In this document: in pieces, positions 23,268 to 37,000 of the stretch
Layout of the letters: each line of letters begins with the position of its first letter
How positions within the stretch are numbered: the stretch's first letter is position 1
Origin: Azolla caroliniana
Lineage: Eukaryota > Plantae > Polypodiophyta
Assembly: GCA_043228905.1 (NCBI GenBank)
Contig: JBHGNT010000020.1
Coordinates: 5,456,001-5,520,000, forward strand
DNA length: 64,000 nt
Reading direction: 5' to 3'
Notes under the pieces: generated by a model
Database searches by the model: none
Seen by the model: only the letters and a program-made list of their open reading frames with translations
What the model was told of the DNA's origin: nothing
Made by a program: the position numbers and the translations under genes

Positions 23268-26200
23268 CTATACTTTTTCATCGATGCTTAAGACTGAATC
23301 GTCAAAAGCTTCAAATCCAATTTCTATTCTATCTCTTCTCTTGAAGATCTTGATTCTTTTACCGGCAATTGGCAAGGCAAGTGGTGTACCATCCAGTTCT
23401 ACTAAATGATATGTTGCATTATCTTCCACTTTCTTCACCACATATGGCCCAAACCATCGTTGTGAGAATTTTCGAGCCGTACTATGTTGGTTATCTAGGC
23501 TACTGTCATAGACTAGCACCCAATCTCCTTCAACGATTTTCCTCGGCCGAAGTCGATGTCGTTTATCGAAGTCTTTCTTGTTCTTTAGCCTTGCATTCTT
23601 TAGCCGCGCTTTAGCCACCTCTACATCTTCCAAATTCCGCTCTAATTGTCGAATCCTCAATGCTAGAAGATCTTCTCTACTTATCTCATCTTGCCATGGC
23701 AATACAAACCATGAAATAATACTTTGTTCTATCGGCATTATTGGCTTTTGTCCGAATATGAGCTCTGCCGGCATGTATCCCGTCACCGTGCTATGAGTAG
23801 TCCTGTCAGCCCATAATGCAAATGGCAATAGACGTGGCCATTCTCCTATTTTCCCATGGCAAGCTTTCACTAGAGCCTTCACAATCGGTCCATGTCCATG
23901 TTCCACCTTCCCATTTGCTTCCGGATTATACGCCATGGTAAGAGATAATTTGATTCCCATCCTCGAGAAGAATTCTCTAGCTTCATTGGCGTCCAACTCG
24001 CCTCTATCAGCCACTATCTTGCCGACGCATCCATATCTGCAAATAACATCTTCAAGAAGGAATCGGCATACTGATGATGTCTCCTTAGTTCTTAATGCTC
24101 GCCCTTCAACTTGATTGGTAAGATCCTCTCTTGCGAGCACAAGATACTTCATCTTCCATCGTCCCATTGGCATCATCACTATGTCCACCATCCACTTGTA
24201 ATGCATAGCCAACGGGTAAGTCGGATGAAGTCCATCTCGATGGCGAATATTCGAAAACATTTGACATTCCTTACATGTTTCCACATAAGCTGCTACATCT
24301 TTGTAGATGCCCGGCCACCAATATTTCTCCTTAAGCTTCGCAAACGTAGCCCATATTCCTCGATGGCCTACAAAAACACTATCATGAAATTCAGACATTA
24401 GTTTTTGTTGGTCTTCTAGCTTGCAGACAACTCTCATCGGAGTCCCATTCTTCTTTTTTGCATGCTTCCAAAGAGCTCCATTCTTAAGGAAATACTTGTA
24501 TGCTTTCTTCCGAATTCGATGGAAGTCTTCCGTCGACCATGATTCATTTTTTTGGAGAGAACTCAAGTATTTCCCGATCTCCACGAATTTGCCTTCGTAG
24601 TCCTCTTCTATGAAAGTAATCAACACCCGAGCATAGGAACTTGCAAAGAAATACAGGCCAACATCATCTTCATTAGAATGTCGATCTTCGTCTCCGTCAT
24701 ATCTCGCTCGTGATAGCATGTCTGCAACGACATTACGCTTCCCAGCTACATGACGGATCTCCGGGTTGAGTGATTTGATATATGCAATCCAACGCAACAT
24801 GGAAATATCCGGTGTATTACAACCAGATATCATACCCAAAATTGGTAGGCAATCTGTCTCAATTATGACTTCTGCTCCAATAAGGTAATCACGATCAGAT
24901 TTGATTGCCGAGACGATCCCCCATAGCTCCCTCTTCACTTGGGCATACCTTCTTTGCCTGTCACTTAACACTTTCGCGCCAAACCGAATTGCATATCGGT
25001 TGCAATCTTCATCTTCTTGGTTGATAACCCATCCAATTCCGATTGGACTAGTATCCACAATCATGAAAATGGGCTTGCCGTATGAATAGTCCGCTTTCCG
25101 TAATGCAGGTGCCTCCATCAATAATTTCTTCAGCCTTCGGATGGCGATTGTATGCTCGCTCGTCCATTCGAACATCCGCTTCTTCTTTAGTAGACCATAT
25201 AATGGCTCAGCAATGTGGGCGTAGTGTGGAATCCAAATATGATAAAACACGCATGCTCCAAGGAACCTTCGAACCTCTGTTTGGGTTACACATTCTTCTT
25301 TCATGTCTTGAATTGCATTCACCTTGGATGGCGAAGGCTTCCGACCGTATGCTCCACACAAGTGACCTACCACCAGGATCTCCGGTTGCCCGAATGCGGA
25401 TTTTTCTCCCGAAAATGTCAAATTCGCATCTTCGAGCCTTTGGAGCACCTTCTCACAATTTTTCATATGATCCATGACGAACTTTCTACATCCATCCTTA
25501 TCTTTTGATTCATCCTTCTCTTCATCCGAACATCCTTTTATCGGAATATCATCTAAGAATGGCATCGTGATATCCGGGATGCAATCCTTCAAGACCTTGT
25601 TCATGGCATTCACCATATGAGCCACCGAGTTCGTTGCGCTTTGAGGTAAGGTACACATCCGCACCAACCCGATTGGAGTTTTCATGGTTGTAATGTCACG
25701 ACTGTCGACCGCCAACTGGAATTGATCGTAGCCAGAGTAAAGATCGCCGATGGAGTAGATGGACCGGCCCGCAAACGCCTCGGCAAATTCATCCACACTC
25801 GGACCAATTCCAGCATTCTGAATTGTCACCTTGTTGACGGGTTGAAGATCTTGAATGAATCGTAACGATCCATTCTTCTTTGGCACCGTGAACCACCTAT
25901 TAGAATAAGGAGCATTCGACGGTTCTAGAATTCCCATCCTCACCTTCTCCTTTAAGAGCTCGATCAGCTTCGGTAGGTGTGCTCTCGGAACCGGTATCGG
26001 TTTCAAATTCCAAGGCACATGCGGCACCGTGAAGATCACCATCGGTTCTACCGTCCTTGGATTAGCACACCCGATTTCTTGTGGGAAAAACGCGAAAGCC
26101 TTCCCATGTCTTTCAAGCATTCCACGAAACATCCGCTCCTCTTTAGGGAGGAGGAAATCCTCCCTTCCAACTCGTAGCTTTCCCTTCGTCTCTTCAGTGA

Positions 26201-26354
26201 AGACGTGACCAATTGTATTTGGGTTCCTTAAGCTTGGATCTTTTGCAACTTCCTTCATCTTTTGCCAGCTATCTTCCGGTAGCGGAACTGCAACTGGCTT
26301 GATCTTCCTATCCACGGTTTTATATTTTGTGTTGACTTCGACTTCCTCTATCAA
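23268..26354 (-). CDS. Pol (RT-RNase H-integrase) of element P, uninterrupted 1028 aa
   Basis: KYKTVDRKIKPV, RT DLYSGYDQ...PFLDD, RH IVDTSPIG...ETDC, integrase HDSVFVGH...CKEC with DDE core, GPY motif. Confidence 0.88.
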   Translation of the reverse strand: MIEEVEVNTKYKTVDRKIKPVAVPLPEDSWQKMKEVAKDPSLRNPNTIGHVFTEETKGKLRVGREDFLLPKEERMFRGMLERHGKAFAFFPQEIGCANPRTVEPMVIFTVPHVPWNLKPIPVPRAHLPKLIELLKEKVRMGILEPSNAPYSNRWFTVPKKNGSLRFIQDLQPVNKVTIQNAGIGPSVDEFAEAFAGRSIYSIGDLYSGYDQFQLAVDSRDITTMKTPIGLVRMCTLPQSATNSVAHMVNAMNKVLKDCIPDITMPFLDDIPIKGCSDEEKDESKDKDGCRKFVMDHMKNCEKVLQRLEDANLTFSGEKSAFGQPEILVVGHLCGAYGRKPSPSKVNAIQDMKEECVTQTEVRRFLGACVFYHIWIPHYAHIAEPLYGLLKKKRMFEWTSEHTIAIRRLKKLLMEAPALRKADYSYGKPIFMIVDTSPIGIGWVINQEDEDCNRYAIRFGAKVLSDRQRRYAQVKRELWGIVSAIKSDRDYLIGAEVIIETDCLPILGMISGCNTPDISMLRWIAYIKSLNPEIRHVAGKRNVVADMLSRARYDGDEDRHSNEDDVGLYFFASSYARVLITFIEEDYEGKFVEIGKYLSSLQKNESWSTEDFHRIRKKAYKYFLKNGALWKHAKKKNGTPMRVVCKLEDQQKLMSEFHDSVFVGHRGIWATFAKLKEKYWWPGIYKDVAAYVETCKECQMFSNIRHRDGLHPTYPLAMHYKWMVDIVMMPMGRWKMKYLVLAREDLTNQVEGRALRTKETSSVCRFLLEDVICRYGCVGKIVADRGELDANEAREFFSRMGIKLSLTMAYNPEANGKVEHGHGPIVKALVKACHGKIGEWPRLLPFALWADRTTHSTVTGYMPAELIFGQKPIMPIEQSIISWFVLPWQDEISREDLLALRIRQLERNLEDVEVAKARLKNARLKNKKDFDKRHRLRPRKIVEGDWVLVYDSSLDNQHSTARKFSQRWFGPYVVKKVEDNATYHLVELDGTPLALPIAGKRIKIFKRRDRIEIGFEAFDDSVLSIDEKV

Positions 26355-26918
26355 GATGCCTCAATGGTATTCATCGATGATAGTATACATGTTGACGGAG
26401 TTAACCGAAATCACATGTTGATGGTGAGGATAGCTCAAATCCACGACTTCCTCGATTTCGCCGATGGTGTCGTTAAATGAGGCTTCCTCCAGAATATATG
26501 ACACGAATTCTTCTTCTTCGATTATGCTTTCTTCTTTTAGCACCTCCTCGAAGTCTTGTATCTGACACTTTTCCTTCTTGTTGAGTAGTCTAAGTTTGCA
26601 TGCGCCGCCAGGTGTGACGCATGTTGCTTCTCCTTGCAATCCACGCACTTTGCTTCCTTATGGGGACTTATGATTGCTTGGACTATTTGTGCCCCATGCT
26701 TCAATAGTCCGCTTTAAAAATCCGAGGATTCACCTCCAAGGCTATCTCGGTTCCTTTCATGATTAGCTCGAACCGTCAGGAATTGAACGGATCTTTTACT
26801 ATCAAGACTCTTGACGCGTGCGAAGACCGCTCCATTATCGAACACCTTGGTCTCCATCTGGGACGATGTTATATATGGTTGTCCTAGGATGACGGGATGT
26901 GAAGCCGAGTCTTGCACG

Positions 26919-27336
26919 TGTTATTCTCTAGCCGGACAAGGCCTAACACAAGGTGTCACGGAGACACTTCACCAAAGGGTGATTACGGCATAGGATTAAG
27001 ATTCAACGATTACACCGACTTACGTAGGTTACACGATTAGAATGCTTTGGTTAATTACACGCGTAAGATATAACAGTAATTACAGAACGGAAATCAACAC
27101 AGAAGTATAAACATCATAAGCTATATTAATTATCCGCTGTGATTACAATGGGGTCCGGGCCTTTAAATAAGTTTCCGGCCCGTAGTACAAAACGGTGCCT
27201 CTCGCACCTATTCGGGATCCGTCCGGATCTGGAACGGCATACCGTTTCCAGTCCGTCCGTCCACACTATGCTTATTACAACCATACTTAATTAATTCCTT
27301 CACTCCGTATTTTGGACTCCTTGCCGGCCGGTAATA
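26919..27336 (-). mobile_element. Solo LTR (418 bp) related to the A-family LTR, inserted in the protease of P
   Basis: TSD GCACG at 26914-26918 and 27337-27341; splits QHFFV|QDSASHPVILGQP; shares CCGGAC.AG.C...ACAC.AGGTGTC and CACTTC...AAAGGG with A LTRs. Confidence 0.88.
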
Positions 27337-28295
27337 GCACGAAGAAGTGTTGATCAATCTCTACATCCCCAATCGTGACTTTAACGTTGGGGCAAGCTCC
27401 GTACAAGTCCTCCGTAGCCTTCGTCGTCGCTCGAATCTTCCATCCGTGGTTTGTATTAATCGGCCATCTTCCTTTCTTGTAGAACTCGGTCGACATGAGG
27501 TTGATCTCAGAGCCATGGTCAATCAAAGCGACCACGGTCTCTTTCTTCTCCCCGATCTTCACCGGTGTCTCCGTTGTCGCTCTTGCCCAATGAGGCCGCG
27601 AGTAATGGCTATCCGCCACCACTTCTTCTTCCTCCTCCTCTTCCGATCTTGCCATGGTTATGGCACTTGTTTTCACCTCCTCTTCATCAGATTGTTGCCG
27701 CTTCCTCTTAATAAGGTCCACGATAGTATCATGGAACTCCTTCGCGATCCCAAGTAGCTCTCTCAAGGTAAGGTCGACATGACTATCTAAAACCTTCTCC
27801 TCAAGGACCTTCCGCAAGTTTGTTGTTTGTTCTATGTCCAACCTTAGCTTGTAAGTCGGTGCCGCTCGTTCTTTTCCTTTCTTCGTTGATTCTTCGACTT
27901 CCATCCGAGCAGGTTGGCTCGATCCACCGGGCTTCATGTTTGTTTCACCAATCTCTTTTCTTGGGATAGGTTGGGGTGGCCCTTCTTTCCCTCCGTTCCT
28001 CGTGTTAGGTCGCTTTGATGTGCCATCTTCTTCACCGGTTCTCTTCCTCTTCTCTTCGACAAGGGCTTCATAGGTGTCACACACAACCTCCGCAAAGCTT
28101 GTGTTTTCGTCGATTGGATCTGACCATCCGGTTGCTCGTCGCACGTTTCGGTCAGCAAGTTTTAGATCCTCCGAATTGATTTTGCCTTTTTCTTCGCACT
28201 CGAAGACCGTTGGCCAAAACCCAGCTCCTGGCTTGATCATTTTCAGATTCTCTTTTCCAACTCGTATCCCAACCGAAGTGGCATAGTGCATAGCC

Positions 28296-31085
28296 TCCAC
28301 ATGCCTTGCATCTTCTTCTTCTACAATCTTTTTCAGCCCACCTCTTCCGAAGTTCACTCGTAGTGGCTTCCGGGTCTCGCTTGAGTGAATCATGTTGCCG
28401 TCCAAATAGACGACATTCTTGCGGATCGCATCTTGCAAGTCAGCACATTCCCTTCATGAGTGTTCAAAGCTATCGCACCACACACATCTATACGCTTCTT
28501 TTCCCTTGGGCCCGCGTCGACCTAAGTTGGCTAGCGATACCGCTTCAAACTTCTTGGAGAGCTCTTCGATTATAGACTCCTCCATTGCTTTCTTGTCGAA
28601 ATTGTTGATCGGCTTACTAGGCTCAATCGTCGTAGGTGCCTTCTTCCACAATTGTGGATTCTCGACCTCAGCTTCCTCTTGCCATTGTCGTCGCTTATCA
28701 AAACGGCTGCAAGCCTTCTTCACCGCCGCCCAGTCCGCTACCAAACCATTTGGTTGTGTTTCGTCCTCCAAGAAACTACCCAATTCTCGCCGATCTTTCG
28801 CATCCATTGCCTTTAGGAATAGTAAGACTTTATCTCCGTCGAGAACTCGTTGCTCGACACTCGGAAGTCGGTTGTACTTCTGGTCGAATTCGGCATAAAT
28901 TCCCGATGCACACAGATTCTTCCCTTTCTTCTCGATCCAATTCATTAACGTATGGCGAGTCATCCGCGATGCGTCTTCAAGCATGTATTCAGTGAGAAGA
29001 GCCCTTTCCAACTCCGCCCAAGTTGCATGCTCGTTTTGGATCTCCATCACGCGCTCACGGATCCCGGGTTCTACCACACGCTTAAAGCTTGAAATTTGTT
29101 TTGGATCATGGACATCTCTTTGTTGCATCTCATTCCGGTAGGTAGCAAGGAAATTTGTGATGTTCTTCCCACCGAATCTTCCAACTGTCTCCACAGTTCG
29201 GTCAATAGCTTTGTCGACTAAAGCCTCCCGATCTCTCTCTTTCAGCATGAATTCAACGACGGACACCATGCCTTTCGTCAATTCTTCTCCTTGAGTTCCA
29301 CTTGTCGAAGCCATCTTCGTACTTGATATCCTCCTACTACCTCGTTTCACGTCGGGTTCACTTACGTTGTCGCGAAAATACGACGAGGATACGTGAACGT
29401 TGAGGCAAGACCCCGGGGCCTTTGTCTAGAGGATATCAAATTCGTGTATTTATATACTAAGAATTAACCGAAATAAGAAAGATTAACAAATTTCATTAAT
29501 AAAAGGGAAAGAAAGATTACAATCAATCCCAAGATTGGGATTACAAAAGTTTTATCTTATGGAGATGATTAGAATAATAGATTAGGGGAAATAAGAGATT
29601 ATGATTCTTGAGTGATATGGCTTTGACAAGGAATTTTGGATTTTGAGAGATTGCTTCCGTATGGAAATTATGGTTTACTTGAGAGATAGCTCCACATGCC
29701 TTGCATCTTCTTCTTCTACAATCTTTTTCAGCCCACCTCTTCCGAAGTTCACTCGTAGTGGCTTCCGGGTCTCGCTTGAGTGAATCATGTTGCCGTCCAA
29801 ATAGACGACATTCTTGCGGATCGCATCTTGCAAGTCAGCACATTCCCTTCATGAGTGTTCAAAGCTATCGCACCACACACATCTATACGCTTCTTTTCCC
29901 TTGGGCCCGCGTCGACCTAAGTTGGCTAGCGATACCGCTTCAAACTTCTTGGAGAGCTCTTCGATTATAGACTCCTCCATTGCTTTCTTGTCGAAATTGT
30001 TGATCGGCTTACTAGGCTCAATCGTCGTAGGTGCCTTCTTCCACAATTGTGGATTCTCGACCTCAGCTTCCTCTTGCCATTGTCGTCGCTTATCAAAACG
30101 GCTGCAAGCCTTCTTCACCGCCGCCCAGTCCGCTACCAAACCATTTGGTTGTGTTTCGTCCTCCAAGAAACTACCCAATTCTCGCCGATCTTTCGCATCC
30201 ATTGCCTTTAGGAATAGTAAGACTTTATCTCCGTCGAGAACTCGTTGCTCGACACTCGGAAGTCGGTTGTACTTCTGGTCGAATTCGGCATAAATTCCCG
30301 ATGCACACAGATTCTTCCCTTTCTTCTCGATCCAATTCATTAACGTATGGCGAGTCATCCGCGATGCGTCTTCAAGCATGTATTCAGTGAGAAGAGCCCT
30401 TTCCAACTCCGCCCAAGTTGCATGCTCGTTTTGGATCTCCATCACGCGCTCACGGATCCCGGGTTCTACCACACGCTTAAAGCTTGAAATTTGTTTTGGA
30501 TCATGGACATCTCTTTGTTGCATCTCATTCCGGTAGGTAGCAAGGAAATTTGTGATGTTCTTCCCACCGAATCTTCCAACTGTCTCCACAGTTCGGTCAA
30601 TAGCTTTGTCGACTAAAGCCTCCCGATCTCTCTCTTTCAGCATGAATTCAACGACGGACACCATGCCTTTCGTCAATTCTTCTCCTTGAGTTCCACTTGT
30701 CGAAGCCATCTTCGTACTTGATATCCTCCTACTACCTCGTTTCACGTCGGGTTCACTTACGTTGTCGCGAAAATACGACGAGGATACGTGAACGTTGAGG
30801 CAAGACCCCGGGGCCTTTGTCTAGAGGATATCAAATTCGTGTATTTATATACTAAGAATTAACCGAAATAAGAAAGATTAACAAATTTCATTAATAAAAG
30901 GGAAAGAAAGATTACAATCAATCCCAAGATTGGGATTACAAAAGTTTTATCTTATGGAGATGATTAGAATAATAGATTAGGGGAAATAAGAGATTATGAT
31001 TCTTGAGTGATATGGCTTTGACAAGGAATTTTGGATTTTGAGAGATTGCTTCCGTATGGAAATTATGGTTTACTTGAGAGATAGC
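28296..31085. repeat. 1395-bp direct tandem duplication (gag + PBS + part of the 5' LTR) within P
   Basis: Identical ORFs offset by 1395 bp (28454/29849, 28306/29701); junction near 29690. Confidence 0.95.
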
Positions 31086-34000
31086 TTCCGTAGGGAAGAT
31101 TGGGGTTATTGGCTTCGATAAGATAAGAGAGCTCCCCAACAAAAGAAAAAAACATTAGATAATATGGAGAGTGAGTCCTAGTGTAGGAAAAAAAATGGAA
31201 GAAATATGGAGTTCTCCCTTGATCATAGCCTTTCCACTTTTTGTTGCATGGCCTCTACTTTTAGTTGCCTAGCTTTTTCTTTTTGTTGCATGTGACTGTC
31301 CACATGACCTTCACTTTTTCCATGCACTCCTTCTTTAGTTGCTTGCATCCACATGGCCTTTACTTTAGTTCTCTTCACTTTACTTTAGTTTGTTGCATGA
31401 TCCAATCTTTCGTCCGTCCGCGTCCAAACTCGTCCGGTAGCCGGTTCCATTTTGCTTGCCGGTCGGTTCCGGTTCCGATTTTGCTTGCCGGCCGGTAACG
31501 ATTTGCTTGCCGGTTCCGGTTCCGGTTTTGCTTGCCGACCGGTTCCGATTTGCTTGCCGGTTTCGGTTTCAGTTCCGGTTTTGCTTACCGGCCGGTTCCC
31601 GTTTGCTTGCCGGTTCCGGTTCCGGTTCCGGTTTTGCTTGCCAGCCGGTTCCGGTTTTGCTTGCCGGCCGGTTTCCGGTTTGCATATCCGTTCTAGTTCC
31701 GATTTTGCTTGCCGGCCGGTTCTAGTTCCGGTTTGCTTGCCGGCCGGTTCCGGTTCCGGTTTGCTTGCTGGCCGGTTTACGGATTGCATACCGGTTAGTT
31801 TTCGGATTTGCTTACCGGACCCGTTTTCCGGATTTGCTTACCGACCGGTTTCCGGTTTTAGGGAATTTGGCCACCATCATCCATCAAGACAAAGTGGCCA
31901 AAGTGCTCTTAGCACAAATGAAAAATGAGGGAGCTCAAGGTGTTTATATAGCCAGGGCCTTAACTTTCCTATCTATGTGGGATAGTTCTAATTTCCCTAT
32001 CTAATCAAACTTTATTTTCTCATAACTTGATATGTATTTCTCCATTTTGTATATAGTAAAATACATTTTGAAGCTCTTGAGTATATCCATCTTTCTATAA
32101 TAAGCTACTAATCTAATCTATAATAATTATTTCATTATTTTTTTACATAGTGTGTGAAGATTCCCACGACAACGTTCTTACACGCTCAGGTATTCAAGAC
32201 ACACACTGTGGATTAGCCGTAGCTATACACAGAAAATTAGAGAAGATAGAATTCTATTATGAGACGTTTCTTTACATTCCCAAAATTACACGCTCCCTCT
32301 ATCAGAGGTTTCCTGCCGTTTATATACGCAGGGTCTATTTAGTCGTTCACGCTTCCTACGTGAACCGTTACATGCGTTATGATTTATATTATTTCTTATT
32401 CCTACGCTCTTGTCCGTCGGTTACTATTCCGGCGGACAACAATACGCACTACGCCGAAGGATCCAAAAAAGTCGGAAAGGGGACAGCCTTCGTGACAAGA
32501 GACGAAGCGAACCCGATGAAGAAGACCACCCCGAAATTAGACGAAGTGTGGTACGTTGAATCTGGAGCGTCAAACCATATGACAAACCATAAAGAGTGGC
32601 TCTCATATCTAGAAAAACCGGAACAACCGAGAGTAGTCACAATAGGAGACGACACTCCGCATCCGATCGTACATGTCGATGAAGTTCCCCTCAACCACGT
32701 CGGGCAATAAGGGAAGTTAATGAACATGTTACACGTCCCGACAATTACAAAGAATCTGGTGTCGATCTGACAGATCGTCGACCAGGGCATGCAAGTGTGG
32801 TTCACGCATCTTGGGTGCTTCATCGAGGAAGAAGGCCAAGTTATTGTGCAAGGGCACAGACATGGGAGGATGTTCATCCTCGACACCAATGATGTAGGCA
32901 CCACCATGTTCGCGAAACGGCAAAAAGTCGAGTCGGATATCGACTTGTGGTATAAGCGGATAGGTCACGTCAACTACCGAAGGCTTCAGGACCTGCAATC
33001 GAAACAAGTTGTGTTCGGATTGCCGAAATTCTGTGGGCGAAAGGCCCAAATTTCTGAAGCTTGCCAGCTAGGGAAGCAACACCAACTTCCTTTCCCCAAT
33101 GAGCATAATCAAAGCCGAAATAAGCTCAACTTGATACATTCAGATGTATGGGGACCGACACAAAACGTGAGTCTTGGTGGGAGTCGATATTTCGTCTCCT
33201 TCATTGACGACTACACCCAACACACACGGATCTACCTCATCGAAAAGAAGAGTGAAGTCTTCGGCTGTTTCCGGAACCTCAAAAATCTTGTCGAAAGGGA
33301 AACAGGGACGAAGATCAAGTGCCTACGGTCGGATGGCGGAAAAGAGTACTTTTCTAGCCAATTCAACAATTATTTGCAACAAATGGGAATTCGGCGTGAA
33401 TTCAATTGTAGGTATACGCCGGATCAAAATGGCGTAGCCAAAAGGAAGAATGGGTCGATTGTTGAAGCAGTGCGGGCAATGTTGGAAGAAAAGAGCATGC
33501 CCAAATTCTATTGGAACGAAGGGGTCCGAACCACGATCTACATCCAAAATCAGATCGGAGAAAAAGTGTCGGTACATGAGCTGTATTTTGGAAGCATACT
33601 GAATCTACGACACTTAAGGGATTTCGGTAGCATTGCGTATGTGCATGTGCCGAAGGAGAAGCGGAGGAAGTTGGACGCGAAAGCCGCGAAGTGTATCTTG
33701 GTCAGCTACCCGAACCAAACAAGCTCGCGTAAGTCGCGATGTTGTGTTCGATGAGTCCGCGTCTTGATATTTGCCTCCGACTACGGACATCAACTCCAAT
33801 CCAAGTTCTTAAGATGAGGTCAGCGAGGCTGAGATGCCTCCTGATGAACGCGAAGTCAGAACTCTTGAAGAGAGTCCGATCTCATTTCGACTAAGTGGAT
33901 CGAATGAGCGACTGAGTCGGTTTGACCAGTCAGATGAAGAGCCAACGAGTAGTGGAGACTCGGTTCTGCATTCCCTGCGCCGGAAGCCGAGGAGACGGCT

Positions 34001-37000
34001 TACACACAAAGAAAAGGGAAAGAAGAAGATGCCGGAATACGGCATGGATAGGGATGAGTCATATCGACGCGAATCCGACTTCGAGAATAGCGATGAAGGT
34101 CCTTCAAGAGCGAAGTCTGTGTTGGCCAAAACGGCCTCAACATCGACTAATGAGCAATTACGCCGGTCTACCCGCCAGAAGAACCATGTTATGTGGTTCG
34201 GATACGAGTACATGGCGCATCACTATGCGTACATGACACGTGTAGCGGAAGTGCGTGAACTGGAGATCTACGCAGAAGCGGCAAAGGACGCAAATTAGCA
34301 TGCCGCCGTGGAGGAAGAGATGAACACACTTGCGGAGAATGAAACCTGGGACCTGGTTGATGCCCCCAAGGGTGTAAAGCCGATTGGATGCAGGTGGGTG
34401 TACAAGATCAAGAACGACATTGATGGCTTGGTCAACCGATACAAGGCCCGATTAGTAGCAAAAGGCTACGCGTAGCAACACGGCATCGATTATGATGAGA
34501 CGTTTGCACCGATCGCGAAGATGACGACCTTCCGTGTTTTGCTTGCGTTAGCTACGGCGAAGGGGTGGCACTTACATCAGATGGATGTAAAGAATGAGTT
34601 CCTGCAAGGCGAGCTTGAGGAACAAGTGTACATGGTACAGCCCCCTGGATTTCACTTTGGAACGAACATTTCGACGGTATGCCGGTTGAAGAAGTCCCTT
34701 TGCATACTAAAGCAAGCCCTGCATGCCTGGAACACGAAGATCATGCAACGATTGCGTCGGATGGGATTTGCGACATCCAAAGCGGACTCTTCATTGTTTG
34801 TCTGGCAGGGTCGACTTGGATCGGTTAGTATTTTACTTTATATTGATGACTTGGTCATCGCCGACGTTGAACTAGGTGAAATTGACCGCGTAAAGCTCCA
34901 ACTTGCAGCATCATTTGATATGAAGGACCTAGGGGACCTTCATTACTTTCTTGGGATCAAAGTCATCCGAACCCCCAAAGGCATACTGATCAACCAATGG
35001 CATTACGTGTTGAGTATGATCTTCAAGTTCGGGATGGCAGACTGTAAGTCCGCCTCAACTCCTCTAGACAGAACCATGGAGCTTCACCCTAACTCCGGAA
35101 AGGTCTGCGACCCGAAAAGGTTCTGAAAAATTGTCGAAAGCCTCATATACTTGACTATCACCCGGCCGAACCTCAGCTACTCGGTCGGCTTGATTAGTCA
35201 GTACATGGCGTGGCCAACCGAGGAGCACCTTCAGTGCGCGCAATGCCTACTCAGGTACATCAATGGCACTGAGGACTGGGGGCTACTATATCAGACCGGA
35301 AATGTCGGTGATCACCGATCCACATCCGGATTCACGTTCTCCGTTGGGAGCGTCGCGAACGCGTGGAGTAGCAAGAAGCAACCGATAGTTGCACTGTCCA
35401 GCACAGAGGCTGAGTATCGAGGAGAGGCTGTCGCAACATGCGAAGCCATATGGCTGAAGCGACTACTTAAGGATCTGCAGGTGGAGGTGTCCGATCCGAC
35501 GACGATCTACTGTGACAACCTCAGCAGCATCCAACTTGCGAAGAACCCCGTCTTCCACGCCTGGACTAAGCACATTGAGGTGCACTACCACTTTTTCCAT
35601 GAGCGTGTCCTCTGTGGTGAAGTTTGTTGAGCGGCAAACTCAACTGGAGCCGGATCGGCTAAATAAGCCTGAGCCGGCAAGCGAGACGGATTGGTAAGTC
35701 GTGAGCAACCGAGCTGGCAAGCAACAAAGCTGGGGAGCTGGGGAGCCGGTTAGCCGAATCCAATCAGTAACCGGAAGCCTAGTATTAGTGTAGTCTATTA
35801 GGCAATTATAGTCTCGTAGTAAGTGTCAAAAGCTCGTGTGACCATTGAAGTACGTGGTACTTCTTTCAGTCCCACGAGGACTTGTATAAATAGTGCTACT
35901 GAGCACAGTTGTAAATACAGAGTGAATATATCGTTTTGAATATAGCTTTTACGTTCTGCTCTCTCTGTCTCTCCCGTGTACTCTGTGTATTCCCTACTTT
36001 CTCTGTTTTGTAACGCTTCCGCAAGTAATCCTTTACATGGTATTAGAGCGCGAGGGTTGAGAACCTCTGCAGCCGACAAACGTTTGAAAGCAAACTCTAA
36101 CAGGTCGTAAGAACAGTAGACAGAGAATCGATGGATAGAGGAATGGCTAGCTCGCTCCCTGTGGAGAAACTCGACAGATCCAACTATGCATCTTGGTCGT
36201 ATAAGATGCACCAGTACGTGCTTGGGCATGGCTACTGGAGTTTCGTCGAAGGAGCCAACAAAACAGCACCTGATGCGGCACATAAGGAGTTCCCAGCGTG
36301 GGAACAATCGGCAAGCAGAGTGATGTACTACTTCGCGTCCAGTGTCAGAGACCAGCTGTTAAGCCACATCCGAGACGCCAAGACGACGAAGGAGGCTTGG
36401 GGAACCTGAAGAAGGTTTTCGCCACGAGCACTACAGCCCGGAAGCTGCAACTCTGACAAGAGTTGAGCAATGTCCGACAGAAGGGAAGGACATGTCGATG
36501 GCGGATTACACGGCCCGGATCAAAGAGATCTGTGACTCGCTTGCATCTATCAACATTACCGTAGAGGAAGACGAGATGGTACAGGTCTGTCTTGGGGCCT
36601 GGCGTCGAAGTTCAGAGCGTTCCGAACGGCGGTGTGAACAAGGGAGAATACGTCGTCATTTTTCAACTTACAGTCGATGCTCCTTATAGAGGAGAACCAC
36701 GCCGGTGCGTCAACTAGCGCACCCACTAATAGCCGGATGTTGTACACGGAAGCGGATCGGTCCCGTGGGCGTGGTGTACGAGGCAGGTCGGCACGCAATG
36801 GAGGCGGCCGGCAAGAGTAAGAACGAAGGCACAAAGAACGTGCCGACAGCAGATCCGGGACTTCCACAGGCAGGGGGAGTCAAGGCAGTGCCGGAGGCCG
36901 GCAAGACAAATCTGCAACGGAATGTTGGTACTATGGCAAGAAGGGCCACAGAGAAAGCGAGTGTTGGAGAAAGCGCGTCGATTCGGACAAATCCGGATCC

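Larger units (their letters stand above)
21884..32171 (-). mobile_element. Ty3/gypsy element 'P' (Phygy/Ylt1-like, tRNA-Trp PBS) inserted in the 5' LTR of B; LTRs 21884-23200 and 30763-32171
   Basis: TGTCG...CGACA LTR ends; flanking ACGT at 21880-21883 and 32172-32175; plus strand TTCACGTCGGGTTCAC (30741-30756) equals the recalled plant tRNA-Trp 3' end; G-rich PPT-like tract at 23201-23212. Confidence 0.9.
13421..32441 (-). mobile_element. Non-chromovirus Ty3/gypsy element 'B' (3' LTR 13421-13860; 5' LTR split 21711-21883 + 32176-32441; PBS-Arg-like ~21693-21706; decayed gag-PR-RT-RH-INT ~16630-21660; extra ORF ~13908-16379)
   Basis: TSD ATACG at 13416-13420 and 32442-32446; motifs IDGGSGVN, FLDD, RNYSTTEREALG, ATDYCTKWVEA, ISDQGSYF, WTGPY; no chromodomain and no Tat-type extra RNase H seen. 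Confidence 0.92.
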
